From the NCBI RefSeq assembly GCF_038025025.1, contig NW_027117351.1, positions 558,001-622,000 of the forward strand: a DNA stretch of 64,000 nt, read 5' to 3'. The notes under the pieces were generated by a model. It did no database searches. It saw nothing but the letters and a program-made list of their open reading frames with translations, and was not told where the DNA came from. Shown piece by piece: positions 37,751 to 51,270 of the stretch; the first letter of the stretch is position 1; every line of letters starts with the position of its first letter. This stretch comes from Phyllosticta citribraziliensis. Its lineage: Eukaryota. The translations under genes were made by a program, and so were the position numbers.

Positions 37751-39175
37751 ATGCCTGCCGAGGAGCAAAAGAACACCAACGGCGAGAGCCACCTCGCCAT
37801 CCCTGGCGAGAACAACGATGGCCCCATCGAAGTCCCTGCCACCAGGTCCTCCATCTCCGAGGCCTCCAAGTACATGCACACCCTCAGCGCCGCTCCCTCC
37901 ATGAAGGATAGGAGAGGCTCGCGCAACTCCTTCGGCGTCTCCCTCCCCATCCCCAGATCCAAGAGGCAGTCGAGGCTGTCCTCTGTCCACTACCCCGATG
38001 GCGAGCGCCCCGCTAGGCCCGGCATGCCCGTCATCCAGCCTTCCCGTGACCTCCTCGCCTCGCAGGTCCAGTCTCTGTCGCTCGACAAGGTCAACAAGGC
38101 CAAGAACATGGCTTTCGCCTTTGACATTGACGGTGTCCTGGTCCACGGCGACCGTCTGATTCCCGAGGGAAAGCGTGCCCTCGAGATTCTCAACGGCGAC
38201 AACGAGCTCGGCATCAAGATCCCCCACATTTTCCTGACCAACGGCTCCGGAAAGCCCGAGAAGGCCCGTTGCGACCAGCTCACCAAGATTCTCAAGAACC
38301 CCGTCTCCATCGACCAGTTCATCCAGTCCCACACGCCCATGCGTGCCCTGGCCGAGTACTACAACACCGTCCTCGTCGTCGGTGGTGAGGGCTACCGCTG
38401 TCGCGAGGTCGCCGAGGAGTACGGCTTCAAGGACATTGTCGTCCCCAACGACATCGTCGCCTGGGACCCCACCATCGCCCCCTACCGCGTTTTCACCGAC
38501 GAGGAGCGTGCCACCTCGAGGCCCCGCGACTTCTCCAAGGTCAACATCGAGGCCATTCTCGTCTTCTCCGACTCGCGCGACTACGCCACCGACATGCAAA
38601 TCATCATGGATCTGCTCCGCAGCGAGAACGGCCGCCTGACCACCCTCGCCAAGGACCCCGTCTCGCAGCGCATCCCCATCTACTTCTCCCAGGGCGACTT
38701 GCTCTGCCCCAGCGAGCACTGGTACCCCCGCATGTCGCAGGGCGCCTTCCGCGTCGGTTTCGAAGCCATGTACAAGGCCCTCACCGGCGTCGACCTCGAG
38801 CGTGTCGTCTATGGCAAGCCCGAATTGGCCACGTACAAGTACGCCGACGAGGTCATGGCCTCGTGGATGGAGCAGCTGCACGGCGAGGAGAAGCTGCCCC
38901 AGAACATCTACATGGTCGGCGACAACCCCGCGTCCGACATCATCGGCGGCAACATGTACGGCTGGAACACGTGCCTTGTCCGCACCGGTGTCTTCCAGGG
39001 CGGCGAGAACGACGAGGAGAACCCGGCCTCGTTTGGCGTCTTCGTCAACGTGCTCGAGGCCGTCAAGACGGCGCTGCGCAAGCAGCTCGGCGACGACTTC
39101 AAGTTCGAGTTCGACGAGAAGAGCATCAACCCTGTCCTTCACGCCGAGAAGGCCGCCGCCTCTGCCATCGAGTAA
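37751..39175 (+). CDS. HAD-superfamily subfamily IIA hydrolase (CECR5/HDHD5-like phosphatase)
   Basis: Motif I AFAFDIDGVL, motif II FLTNG, motif III YGKP, motif IV YMVGDNPASDIIGG. Intronless with strong codon bias; TATA-like sequence at 37640. Confidence 0.93.
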   Translation: MPAEEQKNTNGESHLAIPGENNDGPIEVPATRSSISEASKYMHTLSAAPSMKDRRGSRNSFGVSLPIPRSKRQSRLSSVHYPDGERPARPGMPVIQPSRDLLASQVQSLSLDKVNKAKNMAFAFDIDGVLVHGDRLIPEGKRALEILNGDNELGIKIPHIFLTNGSGKPEKARCDQLTKILKNPVSIDQFIQSHTPMRALAEYYNTVLVVGGEGYRCREVAEEYGFKDIVVPNDIVAWDPTIAPYRVFTDEERATSRPRDFSKVNIEAILVFSDSRDYATDMQIIMDLLRSENGRLTTLAKDPVSQRIPIYFSQGDLLCPSEHWYPRMSQGAFRVGFEAMYKALTGVDLERVVYGKPELATYKYADEVMASWMEQLHGEEKLPQNIYMVGDNPASDIIGGNMYGWNTCLVRTGVFQGGENDEENPASFGVFVNVLEAVKTALRKQLGDDFKFEFDEKSINPVLHAEKAAASAIE

Positions 39176-41000
39176 GCAAGAGCCTTGCTCTCGGCTTTGC
39201 ACCCGTTTGGTAGTGGCGCGCACCGCTGCGCGGTTTTGCCGCTTTCTTGGCTTCTCCTTTCGATACCCAGCTTCCTTGTTGGTCGTTGCTCTCTCCCTCC
39301 CTCTCCCGCTGCCGGGCTGAGCCTGGCACTCGAACCGCACACCCACACCTCTCAATAATGTCGCGCCGCCGCCGCCGCCACCACCTCGACCACGCGCAAG
39401 CATTCGACGAAACACGCAAAAAAGAAACACGATCGGGATTGATCGACGCAACGAAAATCTTTTCTCGTTCGATTTTATCATCATTGTCATGATTGGCTGC
39501 TGTTGTTGCTGTTTTCACGACACACACGCCGCAGCTGCAGAGGGAGGCGGGGGACAACCAGAAGAAAAAAAATGCATTCTAGACTGATAGACTGTGTTTG
39601 GCGTTTTTTGTTGTCCGTTCTGGTTCTAACGTCTTTCCGTTGTTGTTTTTTCTTTTTCATCTATACCACACGCATATCCACCTCACCGACGCACACGCCG
39701 CTTTCGGTTTTGGGGCAGCAGTAGAGCCAAAAGTCTTGTTCGTCCAGGACTATTACTTATCTAGATAGAATTGGAATCAGAGATGGTCTCTCTCGAGTAA
39801 ACGTGTGTTCTCTTTTGATTGGTTGATTGATTGTGCGGTTGAGTCGATGTGTGGCTTGCTGTCTATCTCTCACCCACCTCTCTGTCTCCGTCGCCCTAAT
39901 GCTGTCCGTGCTGTCCGTACCTTCTCTCGGAAGCTCGACGCGCGCCGCGCTGTTTGGAAATAGAGACGCGTCTGTTGGCAAGCGTTGGTTTCGCTTGATG
40001 CTGATTGACAGACTGATGAAGTGATGGACTCTGGTGGACCAATCACAGCGTCTGCACTGGACGAGAGAGAGAGAGAGTAGCTTGATGGTGTGGATACATC
40101 TTGCACACTACAATACAACAGCGTGACGGTGGTCGTGTGTGCATTCTGCCTGTCTGTGTGTTGGCCTGCCTGCCTTTGAAAGCTGTCTCTAGGAATGGAT
40201 GGTGCTTTGACGCGACCTCACCACCACGCTCTCGTGTCGTGCCCCCATCTCACCCCCCCCGCAACAACCCATCCATCCAATCAATCAGTCAGTCAACGAA
40301 GCATTCTCCCGCCACTCCCACGCCTCACTCTGCGCTTCCTTCACGATCGCATATTTAAACCCGTCTCCATCTCACACTCAATCAACTATCCCTCATTCTC
40401 ACGTGTCCTGTGCTGTCATATCCTGTCCCATTTCCTCGCCGCCATACGTGCGTGCATGCATGCATGCCTCTCTTTCCAACCTTCCGCAGATGGGTGACAT
40501 GTCACGCTGCTGATTCGGCCGCTCGCGTGCCGTGTGCTTTGCGGACGACGGACGGCGCGAACGCAAGATTGACCGAGCGGAGCGGGTTGAGTCGACCGTG
40601 GCAGATTAGACGGACTGACAGACTGACAGATAGACCGCGTTGCACCAGCGGCTATCGTTGCTGTTACTCATCCGGCCGTCCGTCTCCTTCACGGCACACT
40701 AGTTCTTAGTCGTCCCAGCGTCCCTGTCTGGTGGACGCGTTGTCGTGCCGGAGGTCAGTCAGAGACGACAGCAAGGCGACGAAGCCGACGAGGGACACCG
40801 AAATGACCGCACACATGCGCCCAAGGCGGCGTCCGCTTAGATGCAACGGGCGGACAGATCAGAAGCCCGGCCATTGCCGCCCGCGCGCCCTCAGACCATC
40901 AAAAAGAGAGCAGACATTCTCGACACAGTCTGGCGGCCAGACGACGCACGACGCACCATCAAGCGGCGTGATGGGCGTCGTGACAACGGTGTCAGAAAAG

Positions 41001-41040
<40 letters not shown>

Positions 41041-41581
41041 GGGAAGATAGTAGAATTTGGATTTCCTGATTCACGCACTGCCCTACTGGTAGCCCATCAC
41101 CAACCAAATGAACAACAAGAGAGGAACGGAAAAGATGGGGAAAAGGGGAGGAAAACCACAAGAGAGCAGCATGAAATAAAACAAAAACGCCGGGTGGATG
41201 TTTGGAGTCCGGATGCATCGCTTTCAAGAGGGACCAGAGAGAACCTTTGTCGTTGTTGTTGCTCGTGTTGCTGCTGCTGTGATTCATGACTCGGGCAACG
41301 ACGGTGACGGTGACGGTGACGGTGACGGGGTTGGGACTTGGGGGGGGAATATTTTGACCTCGCAGTCAGTTGGTGGGATGAATAGTCTTGAAAAAAAAAA
41401 AGTTCAAACGAGGCAGGGCAGGGCAGGCGGGGCAGGCAGGCAGGGAGGGCGGACCCCGTGGCCTGGCTGGCTTGTGATCGTGCAGGTTGTAATTGATTGA
41501 ATTCGAACATGATCGCCTGCGCTGATTCTGAAGGCGTGCTCAATTTGCACTCGGACGGCGTCTCAAGCGGGTGGATCCGAT

Positions 41582-44500
41582 TTATGCGACGGGCGGCTGT
41601 TGGTGGCCGTTGATGAGGTTCTGGCGCTCGACGGCGAGAAGATCCGCCTGGTAAACCGCTCCCTGCACGACCTGCTGCTCCTCCTGGTTGAGGTCCTTGG
41701 TCAGGGTTTCGTACAGCTGCGGCTGCTCCTGTTGAAGTCCTGCCCATTGCTTAGCCTGGTTGTTTCTCAGTTGCAGGAAAATACTCACTTTGAAGAGTGC
41801 CCTTGAACAGGCCGTATGGCTCAAGCTTGTCAAGCGGCGTCTCCAGCAGACTTTCCTCCTCCAGCTCGTCATCGTCGTCTTCGTCAACGATATTGAACTT
41901 ATTGGCCTGCATTGTGGTCAACTGTGCTCTCGTGGGACGAGTCATGGTTTTGCTTGGTACCTCCTCGTTGAGGAACTCGAGGTAGGCGGTGCTCTCGTCC
42001 TTGACGTCCTCTGCCTCTTCACCCTCGTTGTTCCAGTCGCCCTCGCCTTCCCACTCCTCGTCCTCTTCCTCGTCATAGTCTTGCGTGAAAGAAAAGTCCT
42101 CCTCGCGCTTGGCCTCTTCACGGTCTGCTGGGCGTCAGCGGAGAATCGCAATGCATATCGTTTTGACTTACTCTTCATGGCGGCTGGCAGCGTCTGGAAC
42201 AGCCTGACAATGCCATTGAGCAGGCGAGCCCAGCCAGGTTGCACACTGACCGGCACTTCTTGTGCGTTGAGAGTAAGCAGAGCAGCGATGGCAGCGATGG
42301 AGAGCTTCTTGTCGTGGACGCGGGTGAAGCTGTCGATGCTGGAGAACCACAGCGAGAAGAACTTGTTCGTCCAGCCGTTGGTCTCCATGACGTGCAGAGA
42401 CAGGCGCGGGTTGTAGTAAATGGTGTTGATGACCATTTCCATCAGGTGGATGCGGTAGGACTTGACCTTGGGCTCGTCATTCAGCAGGACAGCCATTGGC
42501 AGCGTCACGAACTCGGGGACAAAATCGTCAATGTGGCCGCGGAGGGTCAGCATCAGAATCTCGGCCAGCTTACAACCGCAGATGCGGTCCACCCCGCCGA
42601 CCTTGTCGTCCTTGAAGATGGTGCGGATCATGTCGACGATGGCCTCGAGGTAGGCTCTCTGGGTGATGAGCGCTTCGTAGCCGTAGGTGACAAAGTTTTC
42701 GAGCGCCGGAAGCATATCTTTGGTGTATAAGTATTTGTATGGTTCATCCGGCTCTGGCACGTTGATGCCTGCAAACATACCTTCAAGGTACAGCTCAGCG
42801 CCAGCCTTGAACGTTCTGTGAATCAGCTCAAAGGCTTGCCACATTGTGGGCGAAATGCTCTTGGCGGCGAATGTGCAGCTGTCGATGATTTCAAAGACCT
42901 CATTGTACAAGTCTAAATATGTGTCAGCTCTGCTCGTAGTCAATAAATCAGGGCTAGGTTTACCGTAGAGCTTGTTCTCGAGGGTGATGGAAATTACGGG
43001 CATGAGGATGGTTTCCAAATGAAGCAAGAGCTCCGGCGTGCTCTCCAGAGTCAGGATTAGAGTGCCAATGGTCTGCAACACACCAAGAGCAGTAATGCTC
43101 TTATCGTCCAAGTAGTCGCCGTAGGTGTCGTCATCATCCTTTTGCTGGTTGCGCTCCAGGAGCTCGCGGACAATGCGGAGGTAGGTATCCCGGAGCTGCT
43201 CGCTAAGCGCAACGGCAAAGGGCGTCAACTCGGCCGCAAAGACTTCCACAAAGTCTTCCATTACATTTGCCAGCGCATCCACGTCGACCTCGTTGGCGAG
43301 CTTGAGCAGCTGCTGCATGACTTGAGGAATATTCTGCTGCATCCGGGTGCGAATGACTTCGTGACGGATCAAAGGCTGAAGGGCGAGCGCAGCCTCGACA
43401 CGAACGGGAAGTGCAGTATCAGCCATGGATTCCAAAATGTTGGAGTAAATGACTATCAGGTTGTTTTGGTCCTTGAAGTTGAGCTGCTCAAACTTCTCCA
43501 GAGTGTCGCAAGCACGGGCCCTCAAGAAGCCATGCGGGCTGCGGAATTCGGGGAAGACGTGGCGGACAAAAAAGTACTCGACTTGATCCGCGATAGGGCT
43601 CTTCTTGCCCAAAATCACATTCGCAAGCGTACCAATCATGCGCAAAGCTCCTTCCTTCAGACGCGGGTTCTTTTGGTCATCCGGCGCCGACTCGTACTGG
43701 CTGACGATGCCGTTGATGTAGTTCAGAATCACGAACGTCTGCTTTCGGCGAGCCTTGGTGAGAGTGACGAGGAAGTTTGTTGCCGCGACATCAGGCGACG
43801 AGACTTCTTCGTAAAAGTTGAGCTTGCGGTGGAGGTACTCCTGGGGGTCCGTCTCGAACAACTCAATGTCCTCGTCCGATTGGCACAGAACCGGGAAGAT
43901 GAGATGCGAAATGAGTCCTTCGATGTGGGGCTTGAGGTGGTTCCACATGGACTTTGGCCGCACACACTCGTCCAAGAAGGCCAGGGTATACGAGAGACAC
44001 GCCTTGCTTAACCACGTCGTCTTGGCGACCCATTTCTCAACCTGCTGGAGATAGCCCTTGAGGATTTCTGGCGCAAAGTTCTCGAGGAAGGTTTTGGCGA
44101 CAGCAGAGTAGTCGACCTCGGCGCTCTTGCTCAGCGTTTGCGGGTTGCCGTACCTGGTGGCATTTGTTAGAGCGGGGATGTGCATCGTTCAAACGGGACC
44201 ATACCTAACGAAGAGCCTGTTTAGATTAGCGTAAGCCCACTTCTTTGCCTTCCACCAATGGTTTGTCTCGCGCTCTTCCAGATCTTCGGGCAGCGCGCAC
44301 AGCGGCGCTTCCTTGGCGACCACGTTCAAAAAGAGCGTGCACCATCCGACCATGGTCTGCTGGTCGCGCAGCGGGGTGGGTAGCTCGAACTGCGGAGAAG
44401 GGTCAGAGATGTACAAGGGATCCAAATGACGGGGACTGTGCTCACGTAAATGGCGTGCTTGTAGACCTTGAGAATAGTTCTCAGCATCTCGCCAGCCTCC

Positions 44501-45194
44501 AAGCTAGTTTCGCCAACCAGTCTAGTACCAATGTTCAAAAGCTGGGGGAACGTGACCTGGACGATGCCGTCAAACTCTTGCCGATCCTCGGTGGCCTTGA
44601 AGCGATATATCCTGCAAATGGCGAGTAGACATTGTATGCCGGCGAAGACGGAGTTTGCGTCTCCGGCGTTGAGGAGCTGCTGGGTGATGTCGAGGAATTC
44701 GGGCCATTTGCTAGGAAAGTCGTAGGATAGGATTTTCTGCAGAGTGGGGATGAGTTGAGCGCGAATGGGCGGGGCCGAGGTGGCAAGGACGGGGACGAGG
44801 CGTTTGCGAAAGTTTGCCTTTTCGTCCTCCGGTATGGGCTTCGCGTTTGTCTGCGAGTACTCTTCGGAGACGGACCAGCCCTTGGTTATGCGATTCTTCA
44901 GGTAGACGACGGCTGGCAGGGTCAGCGCGGAGGGGCAAACAGAGCGGGGAGGACGTACTGGAGAGGCGCACGCCAGCCTCTTGCTCGGCTTCGAGGATGT
45001 CGAGGAGGGCGTCTGGAAAGCCGGGCTGGTCTTCTGCCTGGGAGGTGTTGGTACTCAAATTTTCGCCGGAGCGGGCGGTGCGGAGATTTTTGGGGGGAGC
45101 ATACATATTTGAGGTCGATTTCAGCCTGGCGACGGGCATCGGCGTTGCTCTCTAGAGTCGCGGCGATGCGACTTCTGAGTCCAGCGACATCCAT
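41582..45194 (-). CDS. NMD5: Importin-7/Nmd5-like karyopherin beta
   Basis: MDVAGLRSRIAATL..RRQAEIDLK, VYLKNR, DFPSKWP, WWKAKKWAYANLNRLF, KEGALRMIG, FLRARAC and an acidic C-terminal loop. Many introns. Confidence 0.92.
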
Positions 45195-45695
45195 GGTGTT
45201 GAAATTCTTTTGGGGGTGGATGCCGGGATGGAGGGATTCGTCGGCGGCCCAAAGGCAGGGCAGGGCGGATGCAAGACGCAGCGCAGCGCAGCGCGGGCGA
45301 ACCAGAGCAGGTGGGAGCAGCCCGGCGGGACGTGACGGACGAGGCGAGGGAGCACGGAAGACTCGAGATGAGGTGCAGGACAGGGCAAGGCACAAGGCGC
45401 GCGTGTGCGTGTACGTGGGCGTGGGCGTGGGTGTGGGCGTGAGCTTTGCGGTGGGCTGGGCTGGGCTGGGCGGGTGCTGTGCGGTGCTGTGCGGTGCGGT
45501 GCGGTGCCCTCGCTCTTGGCCTCGCCGTGCGCTGTGGGGAGGGGTGGTTCTGCCTGCCTTGTGCGGGCGGTGAGAGGCAGAAAGGGTGGCTTAGGTTGTG
45601 ATTGGACCACACACGAGACCACACGTGTAGATGGATGTATTTGTTTATTTTTTTTTATTCCCCCTACTGCTAACTTCCCAGTACCTAGACTCCCA

Positions 45696-48600
45696 CTACA
45701 AGTACAAGCTCGCCGCGTTGCAAATGTCCCGCTTGATCAGCTCCTGGCACGTCTGCATCTTCGTGTACAGCGTCGGGTCGCCAATGATGCGCGCCGCATT
45801 CTTCACCTCGCGGCACGTCTCGTCCAACCGCGTAATGACGCGCACAATCGTCCCCTCCATGACATCCGTCAAGTCCGTGATGCGGTTGAACGACATGCCC
45901 CTGGCCCACTCGTAGACCACCTCCACCATGCCGAACCGCGGCCGGCTGACAAAGTCGTTAGAGTCCTCGGCCGACAAAATCACCTGGTGAAGCGTCTGCA
46001 TGTGGTTGACCTTTTCCGAAATCTCCACAATCTTGGCCTGCCCTTCTTCCAGCCGGGGCGTTAGCGTTGGCGTCACGTCCGTCTTCTCCTGGAAAACAAA
46101 CGCCGACAGCAGCGCCGCAATCTCCTCTGGCTCAAAGTCTGCCAGCACGTTTTCCAGGATGAGCTCCGTCAAGACCAATTCGTCCGCCGAGTGAATCTAG
46201 CCTCGTTAGTGTCTGCCACCCACCGAGAATCCCAAAGTACTTGCCTCGCATGCGACCTTGCCCTTGAGCTCGACCCGCGACTTGTCGTCAATGAACCCGA
46301 GGTCCTTCAACACCGAAATGCGCTGCTCATAGTCCGGCAGCAGCTGGAGATTCTGGTCCGACATCAGCTGACGCAATTGTGCAATGTTTTCCTTGATGAG
46401 CCATTCGTCGTGCTGCATAGCAAACTGCAAATGTCTGTCAGCGAAGAACGCCACGACGAGGCGTCACAACTCACGTGCTGAAGGAACTTGGGACAGTCGA
46501 GGCATTTCCGATGCTGTGCCGTTTCTGCCTGCTTCTTCCGCTCCTCGAGCACCTGTCTAGACGCCAAATCCTTGACGAATTTGTTCAGATTAATTTCCTC
46601 CCAGTCTTCAAAGGACCAAGATTCGCACAACGGCTGGAACTCTTCCCGAGCCAAAGTGAGAGCGTCTAAGTCACTCTTGAGCACTTCAGCCAAATCAACC
46701 TGGGGGACAGCATGTTAACGTTACCTCTTTTTACTACACTGACAAGTTGATGATAAGAAATTTTTGGGGCGGGTTGATTGACCTTGATGTGGGCGACTGT
46801 GATGCTCTCCACGTCGCTGAGTGGGACGGTAGTTGCCTTGAGATTCATGTCGGATGCCTTTTGCGGCAGTGGCGCAAAGAAGCGCGTAAACTCCGTGAGG
46901 TACGGCAGCAAGTCACTCGGCTGTCGCTTGACGTTTGTACCAATCTCGAGAACTGACACGGTCGGCTCGTGGCCTTTGCTGATGCCGAATCGAAGCAGCA
47001 TACCGGCGGTACGTATGCCATCCTAGCAAAGGTTAGCCTTTCAAGTCGAGCAGGTTGTTGCGTGCTCACCTTGGTCTTGTAGACAATGAGACGACGAGGA
47101 TCAAAGAGTTGCTTGCCAACAGGAGTGGCCAGCAGAGCCAAGTAAATCTCCGTCGTGAGTCTTTGGTAATTCATGCAAGCTTGGTGGCATATTTCAAGAT
47201 CGACGTCGCATATATCGCATGGCTCGCGTTTGATCTTTTCCAAGTCTGCTTCGGATAGCTTGACAGCCTTCTCATGTTCAGGAAGCAGAGCTTGCGTGGC
47301 GTTCTCGCTGAAGCTCCGTTTGATCATCTCTTCAATCTTGAGTGCTTCCACTCTCAGCAAGTTGAGAATCATGTTGTATGTCAACCTGAACTGAGAACGC
47401 AGCTTGGTTGGCTCTCCCAAGATCATTTGGCGTAGGCGTGCAGCAGGAGGCGCTTCATCTGCTCCCGGCGTCACGATAATAACGGATCCTACTGGATCAA
47501 GACCTCTACGGCCAGCCCGACCAGCCATCTGTGTGTATTCTCCAGGCAAGAGGTCTCGGAATTGTCTGCCGTCATGTTTGCGGTAGCCTGAGAAGACAAC
47601 GGTCCTGGTCGGCAGATTCAGCCCCATGGCAAAAGTCTCGGTTGCAAAGAGAACCTTGACAAGAGTCTTCGCAAAGAGAATCTCAACTACCTCCTTGACG
47701 ATGGGGAGCATTCCGCCGTGGTGAACAGCAATGCCGCGACTGAGGAGTTCTCGCAAACGTCGGATCTGAGGGAGGATTCTGTCCTCGGGCTTGAGTCGGG
47801 CAATGGACTTTTCAATCGTCATGTGGATTGCGCTCTTCTCAGAGGCTGTGCAGAAATCGAGGTTGGAGAGGGCGTCGGCATTCTCTTCGCACCGTTTCTT
47901 TGAGAACACAAAGACGCAAGCGGGGAGCAGATTCTCCTTGCGAAGGTGTTGAACGAGATGAACCCAGATGTTCTTGTCCTGGGCAGCTGTGGTTCGTCCT
48001 CCACCACGGCCAGTGCGAGCAATATTTCCCCGTCCACGTTGTGCTGGTGCGCCCCCTCTGCCGCCTTGTTGGCCTCCACGTTGAGCACCACCGCGCTGTC
48101 CACCTCTGCCGCCGCGCTGGTCCTGGCCGCGTCCGCCCCTTGAACTGCCGCCTCGGGATGCGTTGGAATCTTGAGATGTCGACGCTTGCTTGACCTTGTC
48201 TTTGCCTGAAAGTATGTCGTTTGCGTCCTTCCAGCCCTTTTCGATGAAACGTTTCTCCGAGTCGACAATCTTGTGCATGGCCTTGTTCGACCACAAGTAG
48301 TGCTCGAGGGGCACCGGACGCTTGGGAGTCGATATGACGTAAATGTTCTTCTTCTTTGTGCGTCCTACCCACGACGCAAATTCATATGTGTTGGGAACTG
48401 TTGCCGACAGCAGGATGAGGGTGACGTGCTCTGGTAGCATAATGATCACTTCTTCCCAAACGACACCACGCTCCAAGTCATTCACATAGTGAACCTCGTC
48501 GAAAATCACAAATTCGACGTCGCGAATGAGATCGGCACCGCGATAAAGCATGCTTCGGAGAATTTCCGTCGTCATGATGAGGCAGCTAGCCTCTGGACGG

Positions 48601-49778
48601 ATCTGCACATCGCCCGTCAGGATGCCCACGTCGTCAAACTCAGTCTTGAAGTCTCTGAATTTTTGGTTGCTCAGAGCCTTGATGGGAGACGTGTAAATAG
48701 CTTTGGTCATGTGCTTGGCTGCCAGAGCAATTGCATACTCGGCCACGACCGTCTTTCCGGCTGATGTGTGAGCCGCGACAAACACAGAGTCTCCGTTTTC
48801 CAGGTGGTAGATGGCTTCCTTTTGAAAAGTGTCTGGCTCGAAAGGCCACTCACGGGCCATGTCTGGCACCAATTCTCTAAAGTTTGGCATGTCTCTGTTG
48901 ACATCGACCATGTGCGCCCATTCCTTGCCGCTTCTCTTGTTGGCAGCAACTGAAAGAGATCCCCGTGGTGCTAATGCTGGAAATTCGACAGGCAGAAGCG
49001 CGTCAATGTCCTCTTCCTCCTCCGAAGCGTCGTCACTGTCATCACTAGCATTCGGGGGCTTTTCGTCATTGTCAGGAGTCGCGATGCCGTCAATCTTTGG
49101 AGCAGGTGATGCTTCTTCGCCGAGCGCCTTCTCCACTTCATCGGCATTCTGACCGTCTGAGACTGGTTTCTTGCTGAAGTCTAGACCACGGTTGAAGCCC
49201 GGTGCAACCTCGAGCAGGCCTCCTTCGACGCCAAATTGAATAACCCGGTCAAGGCCACCTTGTTTATTCACCCTGTCCAATTGTTGTCCCTGCAAATATT
49301 CGTCTTCGGCGGCGGCGACAGCCTCGACACCGTCCAGACCTCCGGGGGCGAACGGGAAAAAGCCCGCGGCTCCTCGGACGAAGTTGGCTCTATTGGCAGG
49401 CTTCCGAAGTAGCGAAGTCGAGTTCTTTGCAGTCGCGCTACTCGCAGGCACCGTTATCTCTTGATATCCGGTGACACGTCCTTCAAGACCCTCACGAGTG
49501 AAACGAGTGATGGTGCGCGTTTGGGTCGGGGCAAGCTCGAACAAGTCGGCGTAGTTGGTGGGCGCATCCCATCTCTGTTGTACGTCATTCAGCCAGCGAG
49601 TGTTGAACGAAGTTGACGGCGTCAAGAATTCCTCTTCAAGCTCTTGCTTTAGTTCGACTGTGGATCTTCGTGAGCGCTTCCGGGGGCGTCGCGCATCGAG
49701 TACCGCGTCAATCTCGGCGTCACCCAGTGTGCTGGCAGCGAGGCTGACTCGCTCAAAGGATTGGACCAGCGACTCCAT
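45696..49778 (-). CDS. SKI2: Ski2 DExH-box RNA helicase (SKI complex)
   Basis: [57 protein letters not shown] and the DSHCT C-terminus [26 protein letters not shown]. Confidence 0.95.
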
Positions 49779-50219
49779 GTCGGGCGTGCAGAGGCAGTCT
49801 TGGGCGTTGTCGCAAGTGCTGGGTTGTCAACAGAAGGAAGTTGTTCGTGGATCATGTCTGCTGGCGTCATCTCGCCGACCGCCGACAGATAGGCTTATCG
49901 CTTATCGAATGGCGCACTCTCGTTGGCTGGATCAAGCGAGTGCCAACGCCCAATCATCGTGGGCACCTTAACCAAAGCCTCTAAGAGCAACCCAGCCCGG
50001 TCGCTGTTTGGCTGGATTGGGATTGGCATTGCCAAATGCCGTTCTTCATTCTACCACTGCCGACATGCTGTTCTGCAGGGAATAACAGGAACCAGCCGCT
50101 GCATCGCACGTTTCGCGCCACGCGGGACCTGACAGGCACAAGAATGGGATATTCCTTATCCTAGGTACAACGAAACCCTAGCGTCAACATGTGCATGAGA
50201 ATTGAAACAACCTCGGGCA

Positions 50220-51270
50220 CTACCACTCCTCCAACCCTCTCATGGCTTCCATCTCATCGGCAAACTCGTCATCCTGGTCGGGCTGCATATCCCTCTTCTC
50301 GACTGCGGGTTCCTGCGGCCTGATTGGTGCCACTCCGCTCTCCTCCGCTGCGAAAAGGGCATCTAGCTCATCCTCGTCAGGCTCGTCAGGCTTGGGAGAG
50401 CTTGGTGGGCGGGGTTGATAGTCTCCGCCGGCTTCTTCGCTTGCCTCCCCAGTCATGAAGACGTCCAAGTCATCCTGGTCAAGTTCTGTACCTCCCAATC
50501 CAGGCGAATTGTTTGCGTTTTGGTGTGAAGCAGACTGAGATGCAGGGTGCCTGTCATCTCGCCGGGATTCCATTGTCCGATCCTCCACGTCCTCGTGTGC
50601 ACCACTCTCCGGCGTGTTGGCCTTTGTTGTTTCATGGTTTTGCGCTGGCTCGGCTGGTTCCGTCTCCTCCTCGACTGTCGGTTTCGGCTTGCTTTCGTCG
50701 ATCCAAGCTTTCCGCATTATTTGCATGCGTTTCTTGTGTCCAAGTTTCTCGATAATGGCTAGTCCATCGGCGAATTTAGCGCGGGGGTACAAATCGTCCA
50801 GCCAAAGTTGATACATGTTGAGGAGTCGTGCGACATCTGAAAACTGTGACATCGGATTAACAAGTTATCCTAATCGCAGACACGGAGTCTATACCTCATG
50901 TCCTTTGCCCCTGAACCTAAGCTTCTCCTTGCTTATCCTGCGCAGTTTCGGTATTCCGGCCGAAGAGAGAAGTCTGCAATCACAAAGGTTGAGTCAAACC
51001 AGCTCACCGGAGATATTGGGAAAGAGTATACCGTTCTTGATCGAGTTTGGGAATTGGAGTCCGCTTTTTTGCGATTGTAACTTCATCGTCGATGTTGATG
51101 TCGATGCCAGGTCTGGGGTTCCTCTGCTGAGTGGCTATTGCTGGCCTTTCGTCTCTTGCGGGCCTCTCTTCTACATTATCAAACACGTCTTGCATCTCCG
51201 AGTCATTGCCAAAGAGGTCGTCGAGGTCATCGCGTTGACGTGATGGTAGCTGTGCGGCCGGCGAAGGCAT
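50220..51270 (-). CDS. CSM3: Replication fork protection protein Swi3/Csm3 (Tipin family)
   Basis: IPKLDQER|LLSSAGIPKLR..LRFRGKGHE|FSDVARLLNMYQLWLDDLYPRAKFADGLAIIEKLGH, followed by an acidic tail. Confidence 0.9.

Noticed and set aside
37697..39490. 597-aa minus-strand ORF
   Set aside because: It is an antisense shadow of the strongly GC3-biased HAD gene and has no motifs.
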